Shown: piece by piece, positions 1 through 9,874 of the stretch | Layout: each line of letters opens with the position of its first letter | Position numbering within the stretch: the first letter of the stretch is position 1 | Source of the DNA: Elusimicrobiota bacterium | Lineage (GTDB): Bacteria; Elusimicrobiota; Elusimicrobia; F11 | Direction: 5' to 3' | NCBI GenBank assembly: GCA_044221725.1 | Contig: JBGAON010000004.1 | Span: forward strand, 256,001-320,000 | DNA length: 64,000 nucleotides | Notes under the pieces: model-generated | Database searches by the model: none | What the model was told of the DNA's origin: nothing | Seen by the model: only the letters and a program-made list of their open reading frames with translations | Program-made: the position numbers and the translations under genes

Positions 1-1
1 C

Positions 2-253
2 TGCGGCCTTGAACTTTTCAAATCGGACACCAAATTTGATTCCGGAACCGGCTGGCCAAGTTTTTGGGATCCGGCCCTCAAAGCCAATGTAAAAACCGAA
101 GTGGACAACAGTTACGGTATGAAGCGCACGGAAGTGTTGTGTTCCCGATGCGGGGCGCATTTGGGGCATGTGTTCGAAGACGGGCCAAAACCGACGGGCC
201 TTCGTTATTGCATCAACTCCGCAGCGCTCAAGTTCGAAAAAGAAAAACCCTAA
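2..253 (+). CDS. msrB: Peptide-methionine (R)-S-oxide reductase MsrB, 5'-partial
   Basis: Manual translation of frame 2 gives [11 protein letters not shown]...[32 protein letters not shown], with stop TAA at 251-253. Not in the ORF track because the start lies outside the window. Confidence 0.95.
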   Translation, partial: CGLELFKSDTKFDSGTGWPSFWDPALKANVKTEVDNSYGMKRTEVLCSRCGAHLGHVFEDGPKPTGLRYCINSAALKFEKEKP

Positions 254-292
254 CACTGGCACGGGCGTCTGCCCGTCTGTTATTCTTACTCC

Positions 293-1924
293 ATGTTTCG
301 CGCTGTTCGGCCGATTCTTTATTTCGGCCTGTTAATTCAATTCATTCTTCCGATTTCCGCGCAGTCGCCGTCCGTTTTTGTTCCAGCGGCAAATCCTTTG
401 CGCGATGCGGTTGCGAGTCGGGTCCCCGTTGTCGCTCCGTCCGCGTATTTGCTGAAAAAATTCTACGAAGCGCGAGATTATTCGCCTGCCTGGATAGAGG
501 AAGGCCATCCAAAGAAAACCGTTACCGATCTTTTGAACGCGATCAAACAATCCGATCGAGAAGGTTTGAATCCGCTGGACTACCATCTGAAAGAAATTGG
601 TGGCCTGCTGACGCTGTTTGAGGCATCGGCCGTAACCACCGAGACGATGGCCCAGCTCGAAATACTTTTGACCGACGCGTTTTTGTCGTACGGCTCGGAC
701 TTGGTATCGGGACGCACAAACCCTTATGATGTTGATGACGACTGGTTTGCAGGCCGTCGTACCGGCGATTTACCGCTCACGCTCGAGCGGGCCATTGAGC
801 TCGGCAATGTCCGCGGTACGCTGAAAGAGCTGCTGCCCACGAATCCGATGTATCAACGTATGCGCGATGCGCTCGCGCGTTACCGTCAATTTGAAAAAAG
901 CGGCGGTTGGCCTGTCATCGCTGACGGCAAACCGATCAAACGCGGTGATTCGGATCGTCGTGTGGTAGCGCTTCGCAAGCGTCTGTTTGTGGAGCGTGAT
1001 CTCAACCAAAAACCCAATTCGAGCGAACTTTTTGATGCCAGTGTTGAACGCGGGCTCAAGCATTTCCAGGCACGAATGGGATTGGATCCCGACGGGGTTT
1101 TGGGCGCCGGGACGATCAAAACATTAAATGTTTCGGCGAAAGAGCGTGTCCAGCAAATCCGCATCAACATGGAACGCTGCCGTTGGCTACCCGACGATCT
1201 CGGCGAGCGTCACATATTCGTGAACGTGCCCTCGTTTACGCTTCAAGTTGTCGACAACGAGCGAACGATGACCTCTATGCGCGTGGTGGTCGGACGAAAA
1301 ATGCGGCAAACGCCGGTTTTCTCGAGCACGATGACCCACCTCGTTTTCAATCCGCCATGGTCCGTGCCGATTATGGTGGCGCGCACCGATATCCTCGATC
1401 ATCTGCGCGAAGAGCCGGATTATTTAACAACGCACAATTTTGATGTGTACGACGGTTATGACGATAATGCGCGGCCGGTTGACGCATCAAAAGTGGATTG
1501 GACGAAGGTTACCTCTCAGAATTTAACTTACAAATTCCGGCAAAAACCCGGTGCGCTGAACGCGCTGGGTCGAATCAAGTTTCTGTTGCCGAACCGGTTT
1601 GATGTTTATTTGCACGATACGCCATCCCGTTCGCTTTTTTCGAAAACCGTCCGCGATTTTAGCTCCGGTTGCATCCGCGTCGAAAAACCGGTCCAATTGG
1701 CGCAGATTGTGCTGGGGGGAGAAGATCGCTGGCCAAAAGAAAAGATTGAGGCAGCTATAAACAAGAACAGCGAGCAAATCGTTGTGCTGCCAAAACCGAT
1801 TCCTGTTCACCTAATGTACTGGACATTCTGGGTGGACGAATGGAACGTCGCGCAATTTCGCGAGGACATTTATGATCGCGATACGGCGCTGTCTCGCGCA
1901 TTGAACCGGGAGATCGCGCTTTGA
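293..1924 (+). CDS. L,D-transpeptidase, YcbB/LdtD type (scaffold + PG-binding + YkuD)
   Basis: Signal peptide; PG-binding motif (LKHFQARMGLDPDGVLG); NALGRIKFLLPN; catalytic YLHDTP...SSGCIRV. Confidence 0.92.
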   Translation: MFRAVRPILYFGLLIQFILPISAQSPSVFVPAANPLRDAVASRVPVVAPSAYLLKKFYEARDYSPAWIEEGHPKKTVTDLLNAIKQSDREGLNPLDYHLKEIGGLLTLFEASAVTTETMAQLEILLTDAFLSYGSDLVSGRTNPYDVDDDWFAGRRTGDLPLTLERAIELGNVRGTLKELLPTNPMYQRMRDALARYRQFEKSGGWPVIADGKPIKRGDSDRRVVALRKRLFVERDLNQKPNSSELFDASVERGLKHFQARMGLDPDGVLGAGTIKTLNVSAKERVQQIRINMERCRWLPDDLGERHIFVNVPSFTLQVVDNERTMTSMRVVVGRKMRQTPVFSSTMTHLVFNPPWSVPIMVARTDILDHLREEPDYLTTHNFDVYDGYDDNARPVDASKVDWTKVTSQNLTYKFRQKPGALNALGRIKFLLPNRFDVYLHDTPSRSLFSKTVRDFSSGCIRVEKPVQLAQIVLGGEDRWPKEKIEAAINKNSEQIVVLPKPIPVHLMYWTFWVDEWNVAQFREDIYDRDTALSRALNREIAL

Positions 1925-2904
1925 AGCGGACGCGGAAATCCGGTGCGACGTTTCTTGCGCTGTTCTTATTTGCGTCTTTTGCTGCTCATCTTCCGTTTGG
2001 ATCCGCGCTCGTTTCTGTCGGCTATCACTCGGAGCGAACCTGTTTTTCAGTGAAGTATCGCGGCGAAGAATCGAGCTACAAAGTAACTCCGCTTTTTGTT
2101 TTGCCCTCCGAAGACGTACAAATTCAGATTGCTACCATCGATCCCGATGCAACGTTTAACGTTGGCGCCGAGTGGAAGGCGCACGGCAAATCAACGTGGG
2201 TATGGAAGGCTCCGCGAAAAACGGGTCTTTACCCATCCAAAATCGTCGAGTCAAAATCCGGCGAAACGATGATGCTCAATATGTTCGTTATGATTCCGTA
2301 CGGAAAAGTGAAAAGCGACACCATCAACGGTTATCGAATTGGTCGTTACCCGAAAATCCCCGCGACAAAAAAGTTTTCGTACGAATTGCCGCGCGGCTAT
2401 ATCGAAGTGACAAAAGCAAACCGAGACACGATGATTTCGCCGCATTTCAAGCTCGGCCAATTCTTGTGCAAACAAGAAGGCCAATATCCAAAATACGTGG
2501 TGCTGCGCGAACGGCTGGTTCTTAAACTTGAATACATGTTGGAAGCGGTGAACGCGGAAGGAATCCCGGCGCGCACGTTCACGGTGATGAGCGGTTACCG
2601 TACGCCGTATTACAACACCGCGCTGAACAACGTGCGGTACAGTCGTCACATGTGGGGCGATGCGGCCGACATATATATCAACAACGATTCGCGGAACGAC
2701 GTGATGGACGATTTAAACGGCGATGGGAAGCGGGACGCGAAAGATGCGGAGATGCTTTACGACATCGTCGACGAACTGAAAGACAATCCGGCGTTCAAGC
2801 CTTATATTGGGGGGCTCGGTTGGTACAAGCCAACCAAGATGCACGGGCCCTTTGTTCATGTTGATGCGCGCGGCACGCCCGCGCATTGGAACAGCGAAAA
2901 CTAG
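1921..2904 (+). CDS. Peptidase M15 family (MepK/YcbK-like) Zn endopeptidase
   Basis: SGYRT, SRHMWGDAADI and FVHVDARG motifs; N-terminal signal; overlaps the LDT stop. Confidence 0.85.
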   Translation: MKRTRKSGATFLALFLFASFAAHLPFGSALVSVGYHSERTCFSVKYRGEESSYKVTPLFVLPSEDVQIQIATIDPDATFNVGAEWKAHGKSTWVWKAPRKTGLYPSKIVESKSGETMMLNMFVMIPYGKVKSDTINGYRIGRYPKIPATKKFSYELPRGYIEVTKANRDTMISPHFKLGQFLCKQEGQYPKYVVLRERLVLKLEYMLEAVNAEGIPARTFTVMSGYRTPYYNTALNNVRYSRHMWGDAADIYINNDSRNDVMDDLNGDGKRDAKDAEMLYDIVDELKDNPAFKPYIGGLGWYKPTKMHGPFVHVDARGTPAHWNSEN

Positions 2905-4169
2905 ATTTTTTCTGCGCCGAAGAACGACTGCAGCGCTTTGGGGATTTTTATCGAACCATCCACCTGCTGACCGTTCTCGAGGACTGCCGCGAGCGTTCGC
3001 CCCACCGCCAAGCCCGAACCGTTCAATGTGCAACCCAGCACTCGCTTTTTGTCTTTCGTGATAACTTTAAAATCCATTCGACGCGATTGAAAATCCGTGC
3101 ACGTCGAGCACGACGAAATCTCACGCCAGACGTTCTCGCCCGGCATCCACACTTCCAAGTCGTAGGTTTTCGCCGATGAAAATCCCATGTCGCCGGTGCA
3201 CAGCGCCACCACGCGATACGGCAGTTCCAATCGCTTCAACACTTCCTCGGCGTGTTTCGTGAGCAACTCGTGTTCCTTGAGAGAATCCTCCATTTTGCAG
3301 AACCGAACGAGCTCAACTTTGTCAAATTGATGATTGCGAATCAGTCCGCGCGTGTCTTTCCCATAGGTGCCAGCCTCGCGGCGAAAACAAGGCGTAAGAG
3401 CCGTGACCGCGATCGGAAGTTTGTCTTCGTCGAGCGCTGTGTCGCGTAGCAAATTCGCGAGCGCAACCTCGGACGTGGGTATCAAATACAAATCGTCTTC
3501 GGCGCATTTGTAAAGTTCTTCGGCGAATTTCGGAAGTTGCCCTGTGTTCGTCATGGTTTGGCCCGTCACCAGATACGGCGTGGCGACTTCCATGTAGCCG
3601 TGTTCTTTCGTGTGCAAATCAAGCATGAAGTTCGCAATCGCCCGTTCGAGGCGTGCGCCGGCGCCTTTGTAAAGAGAAAATCGTGCGCCCGATAGCTTTG
3701 TGGCAAGTTCGAAATCAAAGATGCCGAGGTTTACTCCGAGTTCGTGGTGATCTTTTGCTTTGAACGAAAATTGTGGTTTGGTGCCGTGTTCGCGCACAAC
3801 TTTGTTTTGATCGGCGGACTTTCCAACAGGAACCGATGGGTCCGGAATGTTCGGAATCGACAAGAGCAGCATGTCGACAGCATTCTTGAGGACGCGCTCG
3901 GCTTCTTCTTTTTCTTTCATGCCGGCTTTGACCGCCTCCATTTCTTTCAGCAGTGCCGTCGCATCACCTTTTTCGCGCTTCAGTCGCCCAATTTCGTCCG
4001 CCGCTTTGTTTCGGCGCGCGCGCAACTCGTCGAGTTGGGTGATCAGTTCGCGCCATTCTTTGTCTTTCGCGATGACTTGTTCCAAATCGGGAATGTATCG
4101 GCCGCCGCGGTCTTGGAGACCTTTGCGCACGAGTTCGGGATTGTCACGAATGAGTTTTATGTCGAGCAT
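2901..4169 (-). CDS. serS: Serine--tRNA ligase
   Basis: MLDIKLIR start; LIPTSEV, FRREAG, HQFDKVE, EISSCS, TLNGSGLAVGR. Confidence 0.98.
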   Translation of the reverse strand: MLDIKLIRDNPELVRKGLQDRGGRYIPDLEQVIAKDKEWRELITQLDELRARRNKAADEIGRLKREKGDATALLKEMEAVKAGMKEKEEAERVLKNAVDMLLLSIPNIPDPSVPVGKSADQNKVVREHGTKPQFSFKAKDHHELGVNLGIFDFELATKLSGARFSLYKGAGARLERAIANFMLDLHTKEHGYMEVATPYLVTGQTMTNTGQLPKFAEELYKCAEDDLYLIPTSEVALANLLRDTALDEDKLPIAVTALTPCFRREAGTYGKDTRGLIRNHQFDKVELVRFCKMEDSLKEHELLTKHAEEVLKRLELPYRVVALCTGDMGFSSAKTYDLEVWMPGENVWREISSCSTCTDFQSRRMDFKVITKDKKRVLGCTLNGSGLAVGRTLAAVLENGQQVDGSIKIPKALQSFFGAEKI

Positions 4170-4201
4170 GAGGGGTGCAGTGTATTAAAAGGTGAGGAAA
4201 A

Positions 4202-4338
4202 GGAAACCCCTCCCACCCTCCTCGTTGAGACCGCACGGGGATGGAAACCCCTCCCTACCCTCCCCGTTGAGACAGCACGGGGAGGGAAAAAATTAATTCC
4301 CTCCCCATGGTTCATCAATGGGGAGGGTAGGGAGGGGT
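4202..4338. repeat. Cluster of CCCTCCCC...GGGGAGGG palindromic (REP-like) elements: two ~41-nt direct copies plus one inverted copy
   Basis: GGAAACCCCTCCC(T)ACCCTCC(T/C)CGTTGAGAC(C/A)GCACGGGGA at 4202 and 4243; inverted CCCTCCCCAT..ATGGGGAGGGTAGGGAGGGG at 4299-4338. Confidence 0.85.
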
Positions 4339-4344
4339 ATAGAT

Positions 4345-6330
4345 TTATTCCTCTTCTCCTTGAGACGCGCGGAGTTTGGCGAGCACGGAAAAATCTTCGA
4401 GCGTGGTGGTGTCGCCAACCGTTTCGCGGCCATGGGCAATGTCACGCAACAGACGCCGCATGATTTTTCCGGACCGTGTTTTCGGCAGCGCGTCCGTGAA
4501 ATGCACTTCGCTCGGTTTCGCAATCGATCCGATCGCTTTGGCTACGTGCTGTTTCAATTCGTCTTTCAGCGCATCGGACGGAATTATTTGTCCGTGACCG
4601 TTTCCCGCTTTTAGGGTCACAAAGGAGACGACGGCTTCGCCGGTCAGATCGTCCGGTCGTCCGACCACGGCGGCTTCGGCGACTTTTGGGTGGCTCACGA
4701 GCGCGGATTCAATTTCGGCTGTGCCGAGGCGGTGGCCGGAAACTTTGATTACGTCGTCCACGCGTCCCATAATCCAGTAGTAACCATCTTTGTCGCGATG
4801 CGCACCGTCCCCGGTAAAATAGATTTCGGAGACACCTTTCTTGTTCGGTTTTACTTGCGACCAATATTGCTTCTTAAACCGTTCCGGGTCGCCCCAAATT
4901 GTTCGCATCATGTGCGGCCAAGGTTTTCGGATGACGAGGAATCCGCCTTCTTTGGAGGGGTCTCCGTTCTTGTCAACAATGTCCGCAACAATTCCCGGAA
5001 GCGGACGTGTCGCAGATCCGGGCTTCGTCGGTGTCGCGCCGGGCAACGGCGATATGAGAATGCCGCCCGTTTCTGTTTGCCACCACGTGTCGACGATGGG
5101 GCAGCGCCCGCCGCCAATATTTTTCTGATACCACATCCACGCTTCCGGATTGATCGGTTCACCAACCGATCCGAGCAAACGCAGCGTGGAAAGATCGTGC
5201 TTTTTCGGCCACTCCTCGCCCCATTTCATAAACGCGCGAATGGCGGTCGGTGCCGTGTAGAGAATGGTCACTTTGTGTCGCTCGATGATGTCCCAAAACC
5301 GGTCCGGCGCTGGGTGATTCGGCGCGCCTTCGTACATAACGATGGTGGCCCCATGGATGAGCGGGCCATACACCACGTAAGTGTGACCGGTTACCCAGCC
5401 AATGTCCGCGGTGCACCAATAAATGTCGGTATCTTTGAGGTCGAAGACGTTCTTTGTTGTGAACGCGGCGCCCAGCAGGTACCCACCGGTCGAATGCTGA
5501 ATTCCTTTCGGTTTGCCGGTCGATCCCGACGTGTAAAGAATATAAAGCGGATGTTCAGCGTCGAGCGCTTCGGCTTTGCAACGGGTAGACGCTTTCGCCA
5601 TAAGGTCGTGCCACCAATAATCGCGGCCTGCTTGCATGTGAATGATTTGCTTTGTGCGCTGATACACGATGACGGTTTTGATGCCGGCGCAATTCTTCAA
5701 CGCTTCATCAACGGCGTCTTTTAGATTGATGGACACGCCGCGGCGAAAACCACCATCGGCCGTAATCACAAATGTCGCTTTCGCATCCGTGATTCGGTCG
5801 ACGAGCGACTGCGCACTGAATCCGCCGAAAACAACCGAGTGCGTGGCGCCGATGCGCGCGCACGCGAGCATCGCCATCGCGAGCTCCGGCACCATCGGCA
5901 TATAAATGATGACACGATCGCCTTTTTTAACGCCCTGATCTTTGAGCACATTGGCGAATTTGCACACCTCGCTATGCAATTGGTTGTAGGTAAGAACGCG
6001 TTGGTCGCCGGGCTCGCCTTCCCAAATAATGGCTGCTTTATTTTTGCGCCACGTGCTCAAATGCTGATCGAGACAGTTGTACGATGCATTAATTTTCCCG
6101 CCGATGAACCATTTTGCGAAAGGTGCTTTCCATTCCAACGTTTTTTTCCATGGCTTGAACCAGGCAAGCAGTTCTTTGGCCTTTTCCGCCCAAAATTTTT
6201 CGGGATTTTTTATTGACGCTGAATAGAGGCGTTCGTAATCGCGGAGGCTTTTTACGTGAGCGTTTTTCGAGAAGTCAGGCGATGGGCGAAAAATGCGTTT
6301 TTCTTTGAGAATGGATGTTATCTCGGACAT
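4345..6330 (-). CDS. acs: Acetate--CoA ligase (acetyl-CoA synthetase)
   Basis: [33 protein letters not shown]. Confidence 0.97.
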   Translation of the reverse strand: MSEITSILKEKRIFRPSPDFSKNAHVKSLRDYERLYSASIKNPEKFWAEKAKELLAWFKPWKKTLEWKAPFAKWFIGGKINASYNCLDQHLSTWRKNKAAIIWEGEPGDQRVLTYNQLHSEVCKFANVLKDQGVKKGDRVIIYMPMVPELAMAMLACARIGATHSVVFGGFSAQSLVDRITDAKATFVITADGGFRRGVSINLKDAVDEALKNCAGIKTVIVYQRTKQIIHMQAGRDYWWHDLMAKASTRCKAEALDAEHPLYILYTSGSTGKPKGIQHSTGGYLLGAAFTTKNVFDLKDTDIYWCTADIGWVTGHTYVVYGPLIHGATIVMYEGAPNHPAPDRFWDIIERHKVTILYTAPTAIRAFMKWGEEWPKKHDLSTLRLLGSVGEPINPEAWMWYQKNIGGGRCPIVDTWWQTETGGILISPLPGATPTKPGSATRPLPGIVADIVDKNGDPSKEGGFLVIRKPWPHMMRTIWGDPERFKKQYWSQVKPNKKGVSEIYFTGDGAHRDKDGYYWIMGRVDDVIKVSGHRLGTAEIESALVSHPKVAEAAVVGRPDDLTGEAVVSFVTLKAGNGHGQIIPSDALKDELKQHVAKAIGSIAKPSEVHFTDALPKTRSGKIMRRLLRDIAHGRETVGDTTTLEDFSVLAKLRASQGEEE

Positions 6331-6374
6331 GATCCTCTCCTTAAAAAATTAAGAAAGGATCATAGAAAAATAGA

Positions 6375-6471
6375 ACTGGGCCCATGTTGGTTAGGGGTCA
6401 ACACGGGCCCAGCTACTTAAGCTTACTTTAAATTGGGACCTGTGTTAGAAGAGGGGGTAACACAGGCCCAA
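6375..6471. repeat. Two tandem related hairpins upstream of acs
   Basis: TGGGCCCATGTTG-gttagggg-TCAACACGGGCCCA and TGGGACCTGTGTTA-gaagaggggg-TAACACAGGCCCA. Confidence 0.7.
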
Positions 6472-6492
6472 AAATTTGTTTCCGCTATCTCA

Positions 6493-6897
6493 TTATCCGG
6501 CCCACGCGAGCGCGAGTTGCAGCACCGATGCGAGTCCAAAAACACCGAGCGCCGTCGCCAGCGCAAACACCGCGGCCAAGCCGACTGTTTCAATTGTTTT
6601 TTTGCCACGGCGGCGGGCATTAACTTCGCGCGTTGTTGGCAGCATCGGGATGTCCCTCGGGATGAGTGCGCGCACATCGTCGAGCGCAATCTCCTCCAAC
6701 ATGACGTCGTCTTCTGCTGGCGCCTTTTCCTGTATTTTCAAATCCATCAAGTTGAATCGTTCGCGAATCTTCGCGTCCAGCACCATGAGGTTCATCGCGA
6801 GAGCGCTATCCTGACCGAGCAACTGGTGCTCAATCGCCTCCATTTCTCGCAACAGGTCTTCGTACGTTATCTGCCCTCTTCGTCTCAGTTGAAACAT
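6493..6897 (-). CDS. Hypothetical protein with C-terminal hydrophobic segment
   Basis: ATG preceded by GGGAGGG SD-like sequence; helical N-terminus and C-terminal TM-like stretch; no family recognised. Confidence 0.6.
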   Translation of the reverse strand: MFQLRRRGQITYEDLLREMEAIEHQLLGQDSALAMNLMVLDAKIRERFNLMDLKIQEKAPAEDDVMLEEIALDDVRALIPRDIPMLPTTREVNARRRGKKTIETVGLAAVFALATALGVFGLASVLQLALAWAG

Positions 6898-6981
6898 ACC
6901 AACCCTCCCTTCGATTGCTTCGGTGCTGACTCGAGTCTAGCGGGGGGCTGGTGATAAAGCGGTGACAGGAGCGGGAAAAAC

Positions 6982-7533
6982 CTAAGAAATGCGCGGCGGA
7001 GTAATGCCTATCTTTTTAAGCGCTTCTGACGCGGCGTTTTTGACTTCTGGGTTGGAATCCTGTCTAGTCTGGAGCAGTGCCGGGCCCGCATCTTGGGCGG
7101 CCAACGGGCCCATTTGGCCCAGCGCGCGCGCGGCTTCCTCTCTCATTAATGGGTGGGAATCCTTCAGTGCTTCGGTCAGCTCCGGAATGGCCGAGCGCGC
7201 GCTCGGGCCAAACCGCTCCAGAACCGAGGCGGCGCTAACGCGTACAAAGACGTCGGCGTTTTGCAGAGTTTCGCGCAAACCATCAACGGCGGACGGCCCC
7301 AAAAGAATTAACGCGTCCACAGCACGGTTGGCGGCACGGGGTTCGCTGCCCGCCACATAGACCAAGAGGGGTTTTACGAGAGCCGCTTTGTTGGGCTCCG
7401 ACAGCCGATTCATTTTCTTAATTGCGTTGATGCGCACGCGTTCGTCTTCCGAGACGAGCCGCTGATCGAGGGGTTTAAATAGAGAGCATGCGGTAAGCCC
7501 ACATATAATAAGGAGAGAAAAGTTGCGCCGCAT
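6982..7533 (-). CDS. HEAT-repeat lipoprotein
   Basis: Lipobox-like GLTAC; repeated VR..AA..L..G HEAT/PBS-lyase units. Confidence 0.85.
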   Translation of the reverse strand: MRRNFSLLIICGLTACSLFKPLDQRLVSEDERVRINAIKKMNRLSEPNKAALVKPLLVYVAGSEPRAANRAVDALILLGPSAVDGLRETLQNADVFVRVSAASVLERFGPSARSAIPELTEALKDSHPLMREEAARALGQMGPLAAQDAGPALLQTRQDSNPEVKNAASEALKKIGITPPRIS

Positions 7534-7564
7534 TTGACAGCATTTTAATCATTTTTGTTACAAT
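7534..7564 (+). promoter_or_regulatory. Sigma70-type promoter of the atp operon
   Basis: TTGACA at 7534-7539 and extended -10 TGtTACAAT at 7556-7564; the 19-nt spacer is long. Confidence 0.6.
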
Positions 7565-7596
7565 CCCGCCGAGTTTGGGCTTTGTTCCACCAGGAG

Positions 7597-7836
7597 TTGG
7601 CTGTAGAACCCACCAGACAAAACGATTCTTCCCAAGACAAAAAAACAGAATCAAGCAGTTGGGCCATGGCATCCGAAGGGATGCAATTGGCGGTGACGCT
7701 GCTTCTTTTCGTTGGCTTGGGCGTTTGGTTGGATGGAAAGAAAAATTCCTCTCCGTGGTTTACGCTTGCCGGCTCGTTCGTTGGTATTGTTGTTGGGTTG
7801 TATGGCTTTCTCCGTAAATTCATAAAGAAATCGTGA
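7597..7836 (+). CDS. AtpZ/AtpI-family ATP synthase accessory protein (start uncertain; ATG 7666 possible)
   Basis: G..L...LGVWLD....SPWFTL.G pattern; first gene of the atp operon. Confidence 0.8.
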   Translation: MAVEPTRQNDSSQDKKTESSSWAMASEGMQLAVTLLLFVGLGVWLDGKKNSSPWFTLAGSFVGIVVGLYGFLRKFIKKS

Positions 7837-8114
7837 GTCACGACGTTCAAAAAGGAATCCTCGTCGGTTTGTGCTTGGCTGTTTTGCAAGCGACCTTGTC
7901 GGTGGCGGTTCTCAAGTGGGTGTGGAACAAAAAATCTTTTTACGCCGCGTGGGGCATCGGCACATTGGCGCGTTTCGTGATTTTTGGGCTCACGGCGTAC
8001 GTTGTTCACCGACACACAAGTTTGGATTTGGCGTCGACGTTGATCAGTCTTGTCCTCGCCACAATGTTGTTCATGATTATTGAGGTAAAAAGTTTTTTGG
8101 CACCAAAGAAATAA
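7833..8114 (+). CDS. AtpI-like small membrane protein
   Basis: About 3 TM helices; lies between atpZ and atpB with overlapping ends. Confidence 0.7.
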   Translation: MSHDVQKGILVGLCLAVLQATLSVAVLKWVWNKKSFYAAWGIGTLARFVIFGLTAYVVHRHTSLDLASTLISLVLATMLFMIIEVKSFLAPKK

Positions 8115-8861
8115 ATGGATTTTCTTCACGTACTCGAACATCATATTTTGGATCACCGAATTTCGACACTGTTCATAATGGGCGGCATCGAGTTCGCGCT
8201 CACGAAACACATGGTTATGTTGTGGGTTGCAGCCGGTCTTTTGATTATGTCGGCCCCGCTTCTCGCGCGAGCGTGGCCGCAAATTCCGTCTGGACCGCAC
8301 GCATTCCTCGAAATTTTTGTGGTTTTTATCCGCGACGAAATTGTTCTTCCCAACACCGGCGACGAAGGCCGGCCTTACCTTCCTTACTTTTTCACTCTTT
8401 TCTTTTTCATTCTTACCGTTAACTTGCTGGGTCTTTTGCCGGGATCGTCGTCCGCCACGGGAAATGTTTCGGTTACCGGCGGTTTGGCCATTTGTTCGTT
8501 TTTCCTCGTTAATATTGCCGGTATTCGCGAGCACGGCTTCCTGCAGCATTTCAAAAATTTTATCCCGCATGGCCTGCCGGTATGGCTAATTCCTCTTATG
8601 TTGCCTCTCGAAATTCTTGGACTTTTCACTCGCGCGTTCGCGCTCTGTATTCGTCTTTTCGCAAACATGTTTGCGGGTCACATCGTGTTGCTCGCTTTCT
8701 TATGCTTGAGCTTCTTGCTGGGAACCGTTTTTGCCTCGCTTTTTTCGGTGCCGATTGCCGTGGGGTTGTCGGTGCTTGAAACGTTCGTTTGTTTTCTTCA
8801 GGCGTATATTTTTACGTTTTTAACAGCAATTTTTGTGGGAGCGACGCTGCATCCCCATTAG
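8115..8861 (+). CDS. atpB: ATP synthase Fo subunit a
   Basis: IRLFANMFAGH; LQAYIFTFL. Confidence 0.97.
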   Translation: MDFLHVLEHHILDHRISTLFIMGGIEFALTKHMVMLWVAAGLLIMSAPLLARAWPQIPSGPHAFLEIFVVFIRDEIVLPNTGDEGRPYLPYFFTLFFFILTVNLLGLLPGSSSATGNVSVTGGLAICSFFLVNIAGIREHGFLQHFKNFIPHGLPVWLIPLMLPLEILGLFTRAFALCIRLFANMFAGHIVLLAFLCLSFLLGTVFASLFSVPIAVGLSVLETFVCFLQAYIFTFLTAIFVGATLHPH

Positions 8862-8868
8862 ATCATAC

Positions 8869-8949
8869 TCGTCACCCTACGACCTTATTAATAAGGACGT
8901 AGGGCCCATTTAAACTTGGATCCTGGATAGAAACATTCCAGGATGATGA
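8869..8949. repeat. REP-like palindromic element (CGTC...GACGA family A)
   Basis: TCGTCACCCT...AGGGCCC...GGATCCTGGAT-N-ACATTCCAGGATGATGA; matches the 14419-14492 element. Confidence 0.8.
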
Positions 8950-8968
8950 AACTAAAAGGAGTCACACA

Positions 8969-9265
8969 ATGAATCAGTCGTTGTATATTGGTCTTGGATA
9001 CTTGGCCGCAGGTTTTGGCGCCGGTATTTGTTTGTTCTCAGCCGCGTTCGGTATTGCTCGTTTGGCCAACGCTGCTCTCGAAGGTACCGCCCGTCAGCCT
9101 GAAGCCGCCGGCGATCTGCGTACATCAATGATCATTCCAGCCGCTCTCATCGAAGGCCTTGGTTTGTTCGCGCTCGTTATTTGTTTGTTGTTGGCGCTGA
9201 AGAAAGGTCCAGAAGCCGTTGAAGCTGGCCACGAAGCACCCGCTGCCGCGACACAAGCGCACTAA
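8969..9265 (+). CDS. atpE: ATP synthase Fo subunit c
   Basis: RQPE loop; ALIEG proton-binding Glu; SD AAGGAG. Confidence 0.97.
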   Translation: MNQSLYIGLGYLAAGFGAGICLFSAAFGIARLANAALEGTARQPEAAGDLRTSMIIPAALIEGLGLFALVICLLLALKKGPEAVEAGHEAPAAATQAH

Positions 9266-9271
9266 ATAATT

Positions 9272-9360
9272 TGTCGTCCCCGCGAAGGCGGGGACCCAGG
9301 CACCGGTAGTTTGCACAACGACTGCAAGTAACTGGGCCCCTGCCTCCGCGGGGGCGACGA
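9272..9360. repeat. REP-like palindromic element
   Basis: GTCGTCCCCGCGAAGGCGGGGACCCAG...CTGGGCCCCTGCCTCCGCGGGGGCGAC nested inverted repeat. Confidence 0.85.
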
Positions 9361-9373
9361 TGAGGGAACGTCT

Positions 9374-9874
9374 ATGGACAATATTTTAAAGCCCGACGTC
9401 GGGCTCATGATCACGACGATCGTAACGTTTGTTTTGCTTGTTTTTGTTTTGCGCAAAGCGGCGTGGAAGCCCATCTTGGATGGCATCGATAGCCGCGAAG
9501 GAAAAATTCGTGGTGACTTGGACCGCGCCGAGAAAGCCCAGAAAGAAGCCGAAGCGCTTCGTCAAAAATACGAATCGCAACTGAGCGAAGCGCAGCGCAC
9601 CATCCAAGAAATGGTGAGCCAAGCGAAAAAAGAGGCGGAACGTTCGCGCGGCGAGCTTTTGGCTGCTGCAAAAGAGGAATCGCAACGCACGCTTGAAAAA
9701 GGGCGGCGCGATCTTGAGGGGGAAACCGAGAAACTGAAGAGCCAGCTGCGAAACGAAGTGGCCGGCTTATCGGTGGCGATCGCCGAAAAAATTGTCCATC
9801 GCGCAATCGATCAGAAAGTTCAAGAAGATGTCTTGAAAGACGCGTTGAAAAACGTTGCGGGTTCCAAGTCATGA
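9374..9874 (+). CDS. atpF: ATP synthase Fo subunit b
   Basis: N-terminal TM, WKPI...R..KI, long coiled coil. Confidence 0.95.
   Translation: MDNILKPDVGLMITTIVTFVLLVFVLRKAAWKPILDGIDSREGKIRGDLDRAEKAQKEAEALRQKYESQLSEAQRTIQEMVSQAKKEAERSRGELLAAAKEESQRTLEKGRRDLEGETEKLKSQLRNEVAGLSVAIAEKIVHRAIDQKVQEDVLKDALKNVAGSKS

Noticed and set aside
4202..4338. CRISPR array
   Set aside because: Only two adjacent direct copies without spacers plus an inverted copy; no cas genes.
7545..8570. 341-aa minus-strand ORF (likewise 4690-5724, 13113-14372, 49545-50615, 54694-55938 and 64-621)
   Set aside because: Shadow frames over well-supported genes, with no recognisable motifs.
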